Below are positions 10,875 to 19,095 of a stretch of DNA of 64,000 bases, in pieces. Numbering within the stretch: the stretch's first letter is position 1; the number at the start of each line of letters is the position of its first letter. Position numbers and translations under genes: made by a program. The stretch is from Spirochaetia bacterium (GTDB taxonomy: Bacteria > Spirochaetota > Spirochaetia > DSM-16054 > Sediminispirochaetaceae). The stretch is from contig JAXHMY010000007.1 of assembly GCA_034520965.1 (NCBI GenBank), forward strand, positions 162,785 through 226,784, read 5' to 3'. The notes under the pieces are model-generated. The model did no database searches and was not told where the DNA came from. It saw only the letters and a program-made list of their open reading frames with translations.

Positions 10875-12074
10875 TCACATTATCGCTCCGTAGAGCTCCA
10901 CCGGATCGCTCAGGTCCCACAGGGTCCAGTTGCTGCTCATGGCATCGGAGAAACGGCCGATGGAGTCGTAGTCGATGGGGATCCAGTAGCCGGGACGCAG
11001 GTAGGCGGTGGTGTAGGCGACCTCAGTAAGGCTTCCGTTCTGGTCTGCTTCGCCACTGACGTGTATGTAGCCGTAGCCGTTGATCGGGCGGGCCGACCAG
11101 ACCATGGCAAGGGCGTGTCCGCTGCCGCCGCCGGGCGGGTAGAAGCTGGCCACCTTGCTGTTCCAGCCCCAGAACTCCAGCAGGCCGCAGGTGTACAGGG
11201 CGAAGTCTTCGCAGTCGCCGCCCTGTTGGGCCAAAAACTCATCCGGGGGCAGGGCGCGGTGGTTCGCTCGGTAGGTAAACAGCCGGTAGGTCTGCCGCTG
11301 AAAGGCCTCTACCTCCCGCCAGCTGAGGTGTCCGTTGCGGTCGGTGTCGGCTCCCATGTAGCGGGCCAGGAGTTGGCCATTGGTCAGGCCGGTACGCTGA
11401 TAAAAAAGGTGGGAGTTGATCCAGTAATGGGCCTGCCGCCCGCTGTTGAAGCTGCGGCCTAGCTGGGCAGCCGTTATCCGGCCACTGGAGCTGCGGGAGA
11501 GGCGGTAGCCGCGGTAGGTCCAGCTGGCCGGCGGAGTGGGGGCAGTGCTTCTCTCAGCTCGCCCGCCATCAGACCCGTGAGCCCTGTCGGCCTGGTAAGA
11601 TTCGGATTCATCGGCCCTCGAACCGCCGGCGCCGTCGCTAAGGTACTCTGTCAGGACTCCGGAGCTAAGCAGTGCCCATAGGATTACTGCCAGCCCTGCG
11701 ATAGTGAAGCTGAGCCGGAAGAACTCGGCCAAGCCGCTCGAACCGGTGTTTTTGGCCGCGGCGGTGGTGTTTTTCTCGACCGGCCGCGGAGGGGCTGCCC
11801 TCGGACTCGGGGTTGGGTTCCGGGTTTCGGGCGGGGCCGCCAAAATGTGGGCCTGCCCTTCGACGATTTGCAGCCTCCGCAGGGCAAATGTGCGCCGTTC
11901 ATGGCGCAGGTAACAGTAGGTCCGCACGTAATTATTTCCCCAGCGCTCGTAAAACTCCAGCGGCACGATGATACGCTGCGATACCTCGCCTTCGCCGTTT
12001 TCATACTGTATTCGGACCGATTGATGTCCGTTCTGCAGCGCCTCTAAGGCGCGGCGTGTCCGTAACTCTTCCAT
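10875..12074 (-). CDS. WYL domain - transmembrane helix - EF-hand-like loop - transglutaminase-like cysteine protease fusion
   Basis: [20 protein letters not shown]...[62 protein letters not shown]...GHALA...WIPIDY triad pattern. Confidence 0.8.
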   Translation of the reverse strand: MEELRTRRALEALQNGHQSVRIQYENGEGEVSQRIIVPLEFYERWGNNYVRTYCYLRHERRTFALRRLQIVEGQAHILAAPPETRNPTPSPRAAPPRPVEKNTTAAAKNTGSSGLAEFFRLSFTIAGLAVILWALLSSGVLTEYLSDGAGGSRADESESYQADRAHGSDGGRAERSTAPTPPASWTYRGYRLSRSSSGRITAAQLGRSFNSGRQAHYWINSHLFYQRTGLTNGQLLARYMGADTDRNGHLSWREVEAFQRQTYRLFTYRANHRALPPDEFLAQQGGDCEDFALYTCGLLEFWGWNSKVASFYPPGGGSGHALAMVWSARPINGYGYIHVSGEADQNGSLTEVAYTTAYLRPGYWIPIDYDSIGRFSDAMSSNWTLWDLSDPVELYGAIM

Positions 12075-12085
12075 ACCAACCTATA

Positions 12086-12102
12086 TGCAATTTTCGTACC
12101 AA
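12086..12102 (-). promoter_or_regulatory. Sigma-54 (-24/-12) promoter for the WYL fusion gene
   Basis: Minus strand TTGGTACGAAAATTGCA (GG-N10-GC); predicted +1 about 12075, next to the ATG at 12074 (leaderless). Confidence 0.75.
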
Positions 12103-12107
12103 TTCTC

Positions 12108-12124
12108 TTGGCATGGAAATTGCA
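12108..12124 (+). promoter_or_regulatory. Sigma-54 promoter for the beta-barrel gene
   Basis: TTGGCATGGAAATTGCA (GG-N10-GC), back to back with the minus-strand promoter. Confidence 0.8.
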
Positions 12125-12136
12125 TTTTATGTTTTT

Positions 12137-12207
12137 GGGATGCATGTCCTGTAGTCGATTTCCGGCCGTCGGAAAGCCGCAGGGCCAGAGCCAGTAGCCG
12201 GCTGCAG
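12137..12207 (-). repeat. Dispersed repeat family B
   Basis: Reverse complement gccggctactggctctggccc...tacaggacatgcatc matches 53650-53735 and 59533-59636. Confidence 0.75.
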
Positions 12208-12246
12208 CGTGCAGCCTGACAAGTAAACCAGCGATGGAGGAAGTGT

Positions 12247-12828
12247 ATGCGCACTTTGTTGACGATTGTGTTGTTGTTTGGGTTTGCCGGGGGAGGTCTT
12301 TTTGCCCAGGCGGACGCACAGGGGCGGGGATTTATGTTTCAGATAGGTTTGGGAGCCGCTGAGATAGAGTGGCCCCAGGGGTTGAAAGAGCTGATGGACT
12401 ATGCCGAAGGCCAGCCGGATATAGACCGGGTGAAGGTGCATCTGAACCTGGGCCTGGGGGCGGCAGTGAGCGAAAATCTGTACCTGTTGGGCAGTCTGCA
12501 GGGCTACGGCGACCGCCTGGAGGACAGCTATGGTGACTATGTCCAGATAAATGCGTATCTGTTTGGCCTGGGGCTGCGCTGGTATCCCTTTGTAGCCGGA
12601 CTGGTGCTGGGCGGCGACATCGGGGCCGCCCGCCTGGTGGCTATGGGCTCGGGGGTAGAGAGCAATGCCTCCGAATGGGGCAACGGCTTGGGCTTTACGG
12701 CCGGCTACGATTTCGGCGGCCGCCCGACCGGCGTGTCCCTGATTCTGGGGCTGCGGTTCGACGGCATGAGCGTCGAGGGCGAGTCGGTGGGCACCGCGGC
12801 CCTGTTTCTGAACCTGGCTTTTAAGTAA
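12247..12828 (+). CDS. Outer-membrane beta-barrel protein
   Basis: Signal peptide, alternating Gly/aromatic strands (FGLGLRWYPF, GFTAGYDF), C-terminal LNLAFK; GGAGG RBS. Confidence 0.75.
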   Translation: MRTLLTIVLLFGFAGGGLFAQADAQGRGFMFQIGLGAAEIEWPQGLKELMDYAEGQPDIDRVKVHLNLGLGAAVSENLYLLGSLQGYGDRLEDSYGDYVQINAYLFGLGLRWYPFVAGLVLGGDIGAARLVAMGSGVESNASEWGNGLGFTAGYDFGGRPTGVSLILGLRFDGMSVEGESVGTAALFLNLAFK

Positions 12829-12834
12829 GTGAAA

Positions 12835-12869
12835 ATAAAATATTTTGTTGCCGGTACAAATTATTTTAT
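12835..12869 (+). promoter_or_regulatory. Palindromic operator/UAS (site 2)
   Basis: ATAAAATATTTTGT-tgccggt-ACAAATTATTTTAT, 13/14 inverted match; centre 70 bp upstream of the GG of the 12920 promoter. Confidence 0.7.
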
Positions 12870-12919
12870 AGAAAGGGGCTGAGAAAGTCCGGCTCGCCCC
12901 GTTGCGGGGCAATTCTTTC

Positions 12920-12936
12920 CTGGCACGCTTCTTGCA
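12920..12936 (+). promoter_or_regulatory. Sigma-54 promoter upstream of the PrsW gene
   Basis: CTGGCACGCTTCTTGCA, essentially the consensus YTGGCACG-N4-TTGCW. Confidence 0.85.
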
Positions 12937-13050
12937 TAAAGTAGGGACCGGGCCTCAAGACCGGCGAGCCTGAGAGGGTCAGGTAAAGAGTGCATCTTAT
13001 GTAAAAATGATATTTAAAAAACAGATGTAAAAAAGTGGCTTTTTTTGTCG

Positions 13051-13120
13051 CAGATGGGGAGGTTATATAAACTACGGATATATGGGGTTTCAGCAGGGCG
13101 GGCAACACGGATGGGGATGG
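13051..13120 (+). repeat. Repeat family A, left arm only
   Basis: cagatggggaggttatataaactacggatatat...caacacggatggggatgg. Confidence 0.85.
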
Positions 13121-13170
13121 TTGGGAAAGACCGTGATTGACGGATGTGTTATAGTTGAGAAAAAGGGATT

Positions 13171-14697
13171 GTGAAAATGGTGTTGATTATTTCGGTGGCA
13201 ACCAGTCTTATCTGGATAAAAATTCTGAAAACCTTTGATGATGCCCAGGGGCTGAAGAGCAAGCGGACGGCGGTGAGCGGGTTTTTTCTGTACGGGCTGC
13301 TGAGCGTGCCGCTGGTGCTGCTGCTGTACGCATTGGCCGGACCGCTGGTGTATCCGATTACCCGCGATTCGGCGGTGCTGGAGAACCTGTTTTTGGTGGG
13401 GCCGGTGGAAGAGCTGGGCAAGTTCCTGGTTTTCTATCTGGTGGCTGTGGGCAGCGGGTCGATCCAGGAGCCCCGCGACGGGGTGCTGCACGCCGCTTCG
13501 GTGGGGCTGGCCTTTGCGGTGGTGGAGAACGTGTTTTACTCGGTATACGGCCTGGAATTGCTGCTGTACCGCTCTATGCTGACCACCGCCGGCCACATGA
13601 GTTATGCGGCCATCTGGGGTTTTGCGGCGGGGGTGTATTTGTACACACGGCCGGCGTTTATGCGGGCTGCGGCAGCGACTGCGGCTTCCCGGGGCTCAGC
13701 TGCCGGAGGGGCTGTGCCGCTTAAGCCTGGTGAATCGGAGAGCTTTGCCGACGGAGCGGCCTACGGGCCATCACTGGTGGTGAGTGCAGTGGCTTCGGCG
13801 GCCCTGCTGCACGGTCTGTACAACAGCTTTCTCGACCTGGGGGCCCTTGGTGCGGCCCTGCTGCTGGATGCCGGGACTGTTCTGCTGGCACTGGTCGGCC
13901 TGTCGCACCTGAAGAAACTCTCCCCCTTCGCAGAGTTTCCGTTCTCGCAGTACCGCTTGGCTATTCCCCAGTTGAAGGAGGCCCTGCGGCACAATCCGGA
14001 TAACTTCGTACTGCACAAGCGCCTGGGGCTGCACTACATCCGCAGCCGGGACACCGCCAAGGGACGGCGCCACTTGCGACGGGCCTCCCACATCAGGCCG
14101 CGCGAGCTGTCCAGCCGCTTTTATCTGGCGCTGCTGGACTACCTGTTGGCGGGCCCGGGCAGACGAAGCCAAAGACAGCGGGCGAGGGGTGTGGTACCGG
14201 TGCTCTGGTCGCAGAGCAGGCTGATCGGCGGGGCTACACTGCGGCTTGGCAATAAAGCTGCAAACGATCCTGCAGCTGCTCCCGCCGATGAGGCCCGCCA
14301 GGCCCTGCACCGCCTGGCTGTGCGGATACCCCTGAAAAGCCTGAGACAGCTGCGCCGCCAGGTGAAACAGGTTTTTGCGGTACATCCGCGCCGCCGCGAG
14401 CTGTTTGAAATATGCGAGGAACTGGTTGCCGGTAAACGCGGTAAGAGCAGCAGCCCCCTGGACCGTGACGGGGTACTGCACCGCGGCCGGGAATATCCTG
14501 CGCACGAGGAGAGGCTTCGCGGGAAGGCGGCTCAAGAGGGATTGGCTCGCGAGTGTCCGGCCCTCGCGTCCGACACGAAGTCGGGGAGAATTTACTTTCC
14601 CGAGCCTCCCCTGGCGGCGGTGAATCCGCAGCTGGCCGCTAGGAAGATTCGTGCGACCGGCAGGATCATCGAACAGAAACGGCGGGAGATCGGCTGA
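13171..14697 (+). CDS. PrsW family glutamic intramembrane protease with C-terminal TPR-like region
   Basis: GPVEELGKF, GLAFAVVEN, GHMSYAAIWG, ALLHGLYN motifs; multiple TM; LKEALRHNPDNFVLHKRLGLHY TPR-like. Confidence 0.9.
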   Translation: MKMVLIISVATSLIWIKILKTFDDAQGLKSKRTAVSGFFLYGLLSVPLVLLLYALAGPLVYPITRDSAVLENLFLVGPVEELGKFLVFYLVAVGSGSIQEPRDGVLHAASVGLAFAVVENVFYSVYGLELLLYRSMLTTAGHMSYAAIWGFAAGVYLYTRPAFMRAAAATAASRGSAAGGAVPLKPGESESFADGAAYGPSLVVSAVASAALLHGLYNSFLDLGALGAALLLDAGTVLLALVGLSHLKKLSPFAEFPFSQYRLAIPQLKEALRHNPDNFVLHKRLGLHYIRSRDTAKGRRHLRRASHIRPRELSSRFYLALLDYLLAGPGRRSQRQRARGVVPVLWSQSRLIGGATLRLGNKAANDPAAAPADEARQALHRLAVRIPLKSLRQLRRQVKQVFAVHPRRRELFEICEELVAGKRGKSSSPLDRDGVLHRGREYPAHEERLRGKAAQEGLARECPALASDTKSGRIYFPEPPLAAVNPQLAARKIRATGRIIEQKRREIG

Positions 14698-14764
14698 ATA
14701 GCAGAACAGGCAAGCGACAGTGAACCAGACCTCCGGTAACAGCCGCACTTGTGGTCGACGCTGT

Positions 14765-14868
14765 GCCGGCACGGATGGGCGCGGATGGAAGGGGGAACAA
14801 TTCTAAATATCTTGAAGGCAGGTGCCTCCCGACCTAATATCTGTGTTCATCCGTGTAAATCCTTAGTT
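14765..14868 (+). repeat. Repeat family A, short copy
   Basis: gccggcacggatgggcgcggatgga ... gttcatccgtgtaaatccttagtt. Confidence 0.8.
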
Positions 14869-14937
14869 AAATTTTTTTCCTGGTTTTTTTGAAGCAGAAG
14901 GCGCCTTTTGTGCCTCTTTTACTATAGGGAGGCGCGT

Positions 14938-15942
14938 ATGCCAGCACACTATGACGCTTTGTTCAGGCGGCTGTTTGAAAAGCCGGAGGTCAGCGCAGAT
15001 TTTATTCGTAATTATCTGCCGGCGGGCTATCAGGGGAAAATAGATTTCGAAAGTGCTACTATTGATCCGGACACCTATATCGATGAGGTTCTCCGACGGA
15101 ATTACACTGATCTGCTGTACAGGTTTGATAAAAGAGAAGGCGGCGGACCGCTGTATGTGTACCTGCTGTACGACCACAAATCATCACCGGACAAATGGGT
15201 GTCCATTCAGCTGCTGCGTTATATCATGCTCATCTACAGGAAGGAGCTGGAGAAGAAACATCCGCCGACGATACTACCGGAGGTGTTTCCGGTGGTCTTC
15301 TATCATGGGACTGAAGAGTGGACCCATTCACTGCAATGCGCCGATACTATTGATGCGCAGCGCAGAGAACATCTGCCGCATTTTAAGCCGTTTCTGTTTG
15401 ATTTGAACCGTATTGATGATAAACAGCTGCGCGGATCTGTACAAACGGTGGTGGGCTTGCTATCTTTAAAGTATATCAAGCAGCGCTTCACCGAGAGCAT
15501 AGTTGCTTACCTGCTGCAAGAGCTGCATCGGCTACCGCGTGAGAGTAGTTTTTTGCATGAGTTCTATATGACTCTGATTAAGTTCAAAGCAGAGGAGGAG
15601 CTGCAGAGGTTTCTGCAGAAGGCCAGAGAGATGAATTACCGGGATATGGAGGAAGATATAATGACGCGCGAACAGAGATTGTTAAAAGAGGGTCGGGCCG
15701 AAGGGCTTGAAAAAGGACTTCAAGAGGGCCGTGTCGAAGGACTTCAAGAAGGACGAGGTGAGGGCCGTGTCGAAGGCCTGCAAGACTCGTTGAAACGACA
15801 ACTGAAGAAGAAGTTCGGTCTGAAAACGGAAGAATCGGTGAAGATAAACCAGATTAAAGAGCCAGCTAAATTAGAATCGGCCCTGGATGAGATAATAACC
15901 GCAGAGACCAAGCAGCAGGTGCTAGACAAGCTGGGCCTGTAG
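14938..15942 (+). CDS. Rpn/YhgA-like PD-(D/E)XK nuclease, copy 3, intact
   Basis: HYDALFRRLF, TDLLY, YLLYDHKSSPD, QLLRYI, FPVVFYHG, EG-repeat coiled coil, conserved helical C-terminus. Confidence 0.9.
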   Translation: MPAHYDALFRRLFEKPEVSADFIRNYLPAGYQGKIDFESATIDPDTYIDEVLRRNYTDLLYRFDKREGGGPLYVYLLYDHKSSPDKWVSIQLLRYIMLIYRKELEKKHPPTILPEVFPVVFYHGTEEWTHSLQCADTIDAQRREHLPHFKPFLFDLNRIDDKQLRGSVQTVVGLLSLKYIKQRFTESIVAYLLQELHRLPRESSFLHEFYMTLIKFKAEEELQRFLQKAREMNYRDMEEDIMTREQRLLKEGRAEGLEKGLQEGRVEGLQEGRGEGRVEGLQDSLKRQLKKKFGLKTEESVKINQIKEPAKLESALDEIITAETKQQVLDKLGL

Positions 15943-15947
15943 TGCCC

Positions 15948-16177
15948 CCGCGGATGGGGAGGGGATGAGTGAATTGCGGAGCTAATTCTATTCATTGTAA
16001 ATAAGTATTAGTGATTGAGTAGCAGGCTTTTATATTCTTATTAGCCGCTGACTGTTAATAATAGTAAGTTTTAGAAACAGAATTATCTTCTGAATTGATT
16101 TTTAATTTCCTCACAATTTATTATCTGTGTACATCCGCGTTCATCCGTAGTTTATTAATAATCTTCCCCATCCGCGG
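15948..16177 (+). repeat. Repeat family A copy with perfect 13-bp terminal inverted repeat
   Basis: ccgcggatgggga (15948-15960) / tccccatccgcgg (16165-16177); AT-rich interior; inner atccgcgttcatccgtagtt. Confidence 0.8.
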
Positions 16178-16319
16178 TCCGTTCGCCTGCTTTTTAGTGC
16201 ACAATGCCCTCGGCCGGCAGGTGGTGTATCAGGTGTATTACAAAGGTCATATGGCCGGTGACTACGTGGCCTATACTGTCAATAATGGACAATAATTTTT
16301 AGTTGTTATTTAATGTAGC

Positions 16320-16354
16320 ATAAAATTTTTTATTTCTATTACAAGTTATTTTAT
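16320..16354 (+). promoter_or_regulatory. Palindromic operator/UAS (site 3)
   Basis: ATAAAATTTTTTAT-ttctatt-ACAAGTTATTTTAT; centre 89 bp upstream of the GG of the 16424 promoter. Confidence 0.6.
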
Positions 16355-16423
16355 CTATAGGAAAAATCCATCTTGATTTAGCTCACTTACTGTTTCTTAT
16401 TACCCCAAATTCAACCCTTATTT

Positions 16424-16440
16424 TTGGCATGCTTATTGCT
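16424..16440 (+). promoter_or_regulatory. Sigma-54 promoter upstream of the lipoprotein genes
   Basis: TTGGCATGCTTATTGCT (GG-N10-GC). Confidence 0.8.
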
Positions 16441-16519
16441 AACATAACTGCAGGATTATTTATTAGCCACTGCATTGTTGAATGACTTTCTTAGGTGGCC
16501 ATCAAAAGGAGCAGTAAGT

Positions 16520-17254
16520 ATGCAAAAGATTTTATTAGTTCTTGCCTTCGCATCAGTAGTATTGAGCTCATGTGTCTCCTACCGACTCGATCCGGTACCG
16601 AACCAGAATATCGAGGTTCGACATGAGCGGGGCGCAACATATCCCATCTACGAAAGTTCAAAGATAGGAATGGTTGTAGCACCAGAGTTTAGAGAATCGG
16701 AGCTGATGGTAAAGGTGACTGTGAAGAATAACAGCGGCAAAGAGATGTTTATCAGCGATACGGATTTTATAGTCGAAGTGAGCGAGGACAGGCAGAACTG
16801 GAACCCGCTTAAAGTGTATGCATCGGATGAGTACTACGCTAAGGAAAAGCGCGCGTATACCGTTGGGGCGGTGTTGATGGTTATCTCGGCCACCGCCGAT
16901 ACCGCTTCCGCCGGCTATGGCAGCAGTACTACCAGCGGAAATGTGTACGGTTCGGGTACCTACGGTTCCTATTCCGGAAGCTACAGCGGCACCACCACTT
17001 ACTACGATCCGACTGCAGCTGAATTGGCGGCTCAACGCAATTCCCAGATGGTTTCGCAGTATGCCCAGGAAGGGCAGGGCTGGCTGCAGCTGCTCGAGGA
17101 CAATCTATTTTATTCGAAGGACCTACGGCCAAACGAGACCTATTTCGGTTTAGTGTTTGCAGAGAAAGGCTATGGAGATTACTACCGCATCACCTGTACT
17201 AATCCTGATTTTGAGATTGTACGGATTGAGTATGTAAAGCGGGAGGATAGATAA
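16520..17254 (+). CDS. Putative lipoprotein
   Basis: MQKILLVLAFASVVLSSC lipobox; AGGAG RBS; Gly/Ser/Tyr-rich middle segment. Confidence 0.8.
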   Translation: MQKILLVLAFASVVLSSCVSYRLDPVPNQNIEVRHERGATYPIYESSKIGMVVAPEFRESELMVKVTVKNNSGKEMFISDTDFIVEVSEDRQNWNPLKVYASDEYYAKEKRAYTVGAVLMVISATADTASAGYGSSTTSGNVYGSGTYGSYSGSYSGTTTYYDPTAAELAAQRNSQMVSQYAQEGQGWLQLLEDNLFYSKDLRPNETYFGLVFAEKGYGDYYRITCTNPDFEIVRIEYVKREDR

Positions 17255-17330
17255 GTTGCGGGCACTATTTTATAAAAACCTAATGTTGCTGAATCGATTT
17301 CAGGAGCATACAATGTGAAAGGAAGTAAAA

Positions 17331-18368
17331 ATGAAAGTGAAGATATTGAAACATGTAGTATTGCCAATTTTTATTAGCGTTATGTTCATATCATGTACAT
17401 CAATGGTTGAAAACGGAACTATGAGTCGTACTCAATCGACACCGGCGTCGACGCCATCAGCTAAGAATAATGCAGTCAGTGAAAAAGATGAGGGCAGCGA
17501 AGAACTTCAATCAGCCCAAGAGCGTATTGCCGAACTCGAGGCAGAGAACAAACAGCTAAAGGAAGAAATAGAGTCGCTCAATCAATCTCCGGAGGTGATG
17601 TTTCGAAAAGCGGTATCACTTAAGGAGGATGACCCGCAGCAGGCGATGAGGCTGCTAAAGGAAATAACTGTCAAGTTCCCACTTAGTGAGTACAGTGAAC
17701 CTGCGCAGGAAGAGTTAGCAGCGTTGGTCAAAACTACTGAAGAAGAACTAAAGCGAGTACTTTCGGAGAAAGAGATTCCTGCCGAAGCAAGGTTACAGAC
17801 TATTCAAATTACTTTAGACAGTTATGGAAGCTATCTGAGTGATGAGCTTGTGAGCCGAGCTGAGCAAGAAATAGAGGAGTTGCAAACGGAGATCAAGCGA
17901 ACTAAATATATCCGTTCGCGTTATGATGAGATGCAGGAGGTTACTTTTCACTCATCCCGCAGAGATACTTCAACAAGAACTAATCGGGGATACTTTTCAA
18001 TCGATTTCTATATAGTCGAGTCGGATAAAACCGACAGTACCTATTTTAGATTCCGTGCGAATTACCGGGGAGAAAGTTGGATTTTTTATAAGAAAATTAC
18101 TCTGCTGGGGAGTAACGGAGTAAAGCTTGAAATCGAGCCCGATGAGTACCGGGAAAAAGAAACCGAGGTTGAGACGGGAGGTGTGCGGGAGTGGTCCGAC
18201 AGCTACCTTTCCGATTCCTACAATGACAAAATTCTCGAACTGGCCGAGGCGGAGACTGTTAAGGTGCGATTTGACGGAAAGTATCGCATTGATTTTGAGA
18301 TGACCGAGAAACAGCGTGCGGCGCTGAAGGAGATAGTCTCGCTGTATGAACACCTTTCTAAGGGATAG
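17331..18368 (+). CDS. Putative lipoprotein with coiled coil and TPR-like segment
   Basis: Signal ending FISC; ERIAELEAENKQLKEEI coiled coil; LKEITVKFPLSEYS TPR-like. Confidence 0.8.
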   Translation: MKVKILKHVVLPIFISVMFISCTSMVENGTMSRTQSTPASTPSAKNNAVSEKDEGSEELQSAQERIAELEAENKQLKEEIESLNQSPEVMFRKAVSLKEDDPQQAMRLLKEITVKFPLSEYSEPAQEELAALVKTTEEELKRVLSEKEIPAEARLQTIQITLDSYGSYLSDELVSRAEQEIEELQTEIKRTKYIRSRYDEMQEVTFHSSRRDTSTRTNRGYFSIDFYIVESDKTDSTYFRFRANYRGESWIFYKKITLLGSNGVKLEIEPDEYREKETEVETGGVREWSDSYLSDSYNDKILELAEAETVKVRFDGKYRIDFEMTEKQRAALKEIVSLYEHLSKG

Positions 18369-18465
18369 ATCAGGATTGAATAGGGCTGATCTTCAAAGAA
18401 ACAGTTGTTGAAGCGACAAATAGATACTAAAATGGAGAAAATCTTGTCGGTATTGAGAATGGCCA

Positions 18466-19056
18466 ATGGACACTTACAATCTTTCATTTACTTTCGGTGG
18501 TTTACTGCTTGCCGAATCGACGGAAATTGCGCATGCATTCGTACAGACTGAGGACTGGGCAGTGGTGCGACAGAGGGTGATGAATGAAAACATACTACAA
18601 AAAACACGAATGCGGAGCAGAAAACGTTATTACGAAGGCTTATCGAAGAGATTCAAGGCGGCGTACCAATGGGAATTAGAGTATATAGCCAATGCCGAGT
18701 TAGAAACGAAAAAAGTTGTTCTGTTTTTGATTGCGTGTCGTAATTATGAGTTCATTCGTAATTTCTACATTGAGGTGGTGCGAAAAAAGCTGCAGGAGAA
18801 TGATTTCACCCTGCTTGAATATGAGTATCATGCTTTTTTTGAGCATAAGCTTGAAGAACACCCGGAACTTAATGCATTGTCCGACAGCAGCAGAAAAAAG
18901 ATAAGAGAAATTGTGCTGAAGGTGCATCGAGAGGCCGGAATTATGGATAAAGCAAAAGGCAAAACAAAGCTCCTGTTTCCGCTTGTTCCGCAGGAAATGA
19001 GGGAGTTGTATAAAAGGAACGGCGCGGAGGATGAGTTAGAGATTCTGTTGTTCTAA
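18466..19056 (+). CDS. brxA: BREX protein BrxA (DUF1819)
   Basis: YNLSFTFGGLLLAES, ENILQK, LSDSSRKKIR motifs; first gene of the BREX order. Confidence 0.9.
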   Translation: MDTYNLSFTFGGLLLAESTEIAHAFVQTEDWAVVRQRVMNENILQKTRMRSRKRYYEGLSKRFKAAYQWELEYIANAELETKKVVLFLIACRNYEFIRNFYIEVVRKKLQENDFTLLEYEYHAFFEHKLEEHPELNALSDSSRKKIREIVLKVHREAGIMDKAKGKTKLLFPLVPQEMRELYKRNGAEDELEILLF

Positions 19057-19095
19057 GTGTGAACGTATAACTGAAGGTAAAAAAGAGGGGCTGAA

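Noticed and set aside
10875..12074. WYL gene as the BREX regulator brxR
   Set aside because: Lacks the N-terminal HTH and WCX domain, has a TM helix, and lies more than 6 kb from brxA
13771..14772. 333-aa antisense ORF and other long shadow ORFs (e.g. 10851-11462, 12127-12912, 36921-37706)
   Set aside because: They overlap well-supported genes on the opposite strand and show no protein motifs
3795..16177. Family A repeats as a CRISPR array
   Set aside because: Copies are separated by whole genes, not 30-40 nt spacers; no cas genes
3795..16177. Family A repeats as integron attC sites (AAC...GTT ends, one stop codon overlapping)
   Set aside because: No integron integrase in the window, genes lie on both strands with their own promoters/RBS, and no consistent RYYYAAC/GTTRRRY boxes; IntegronFinder would settle it
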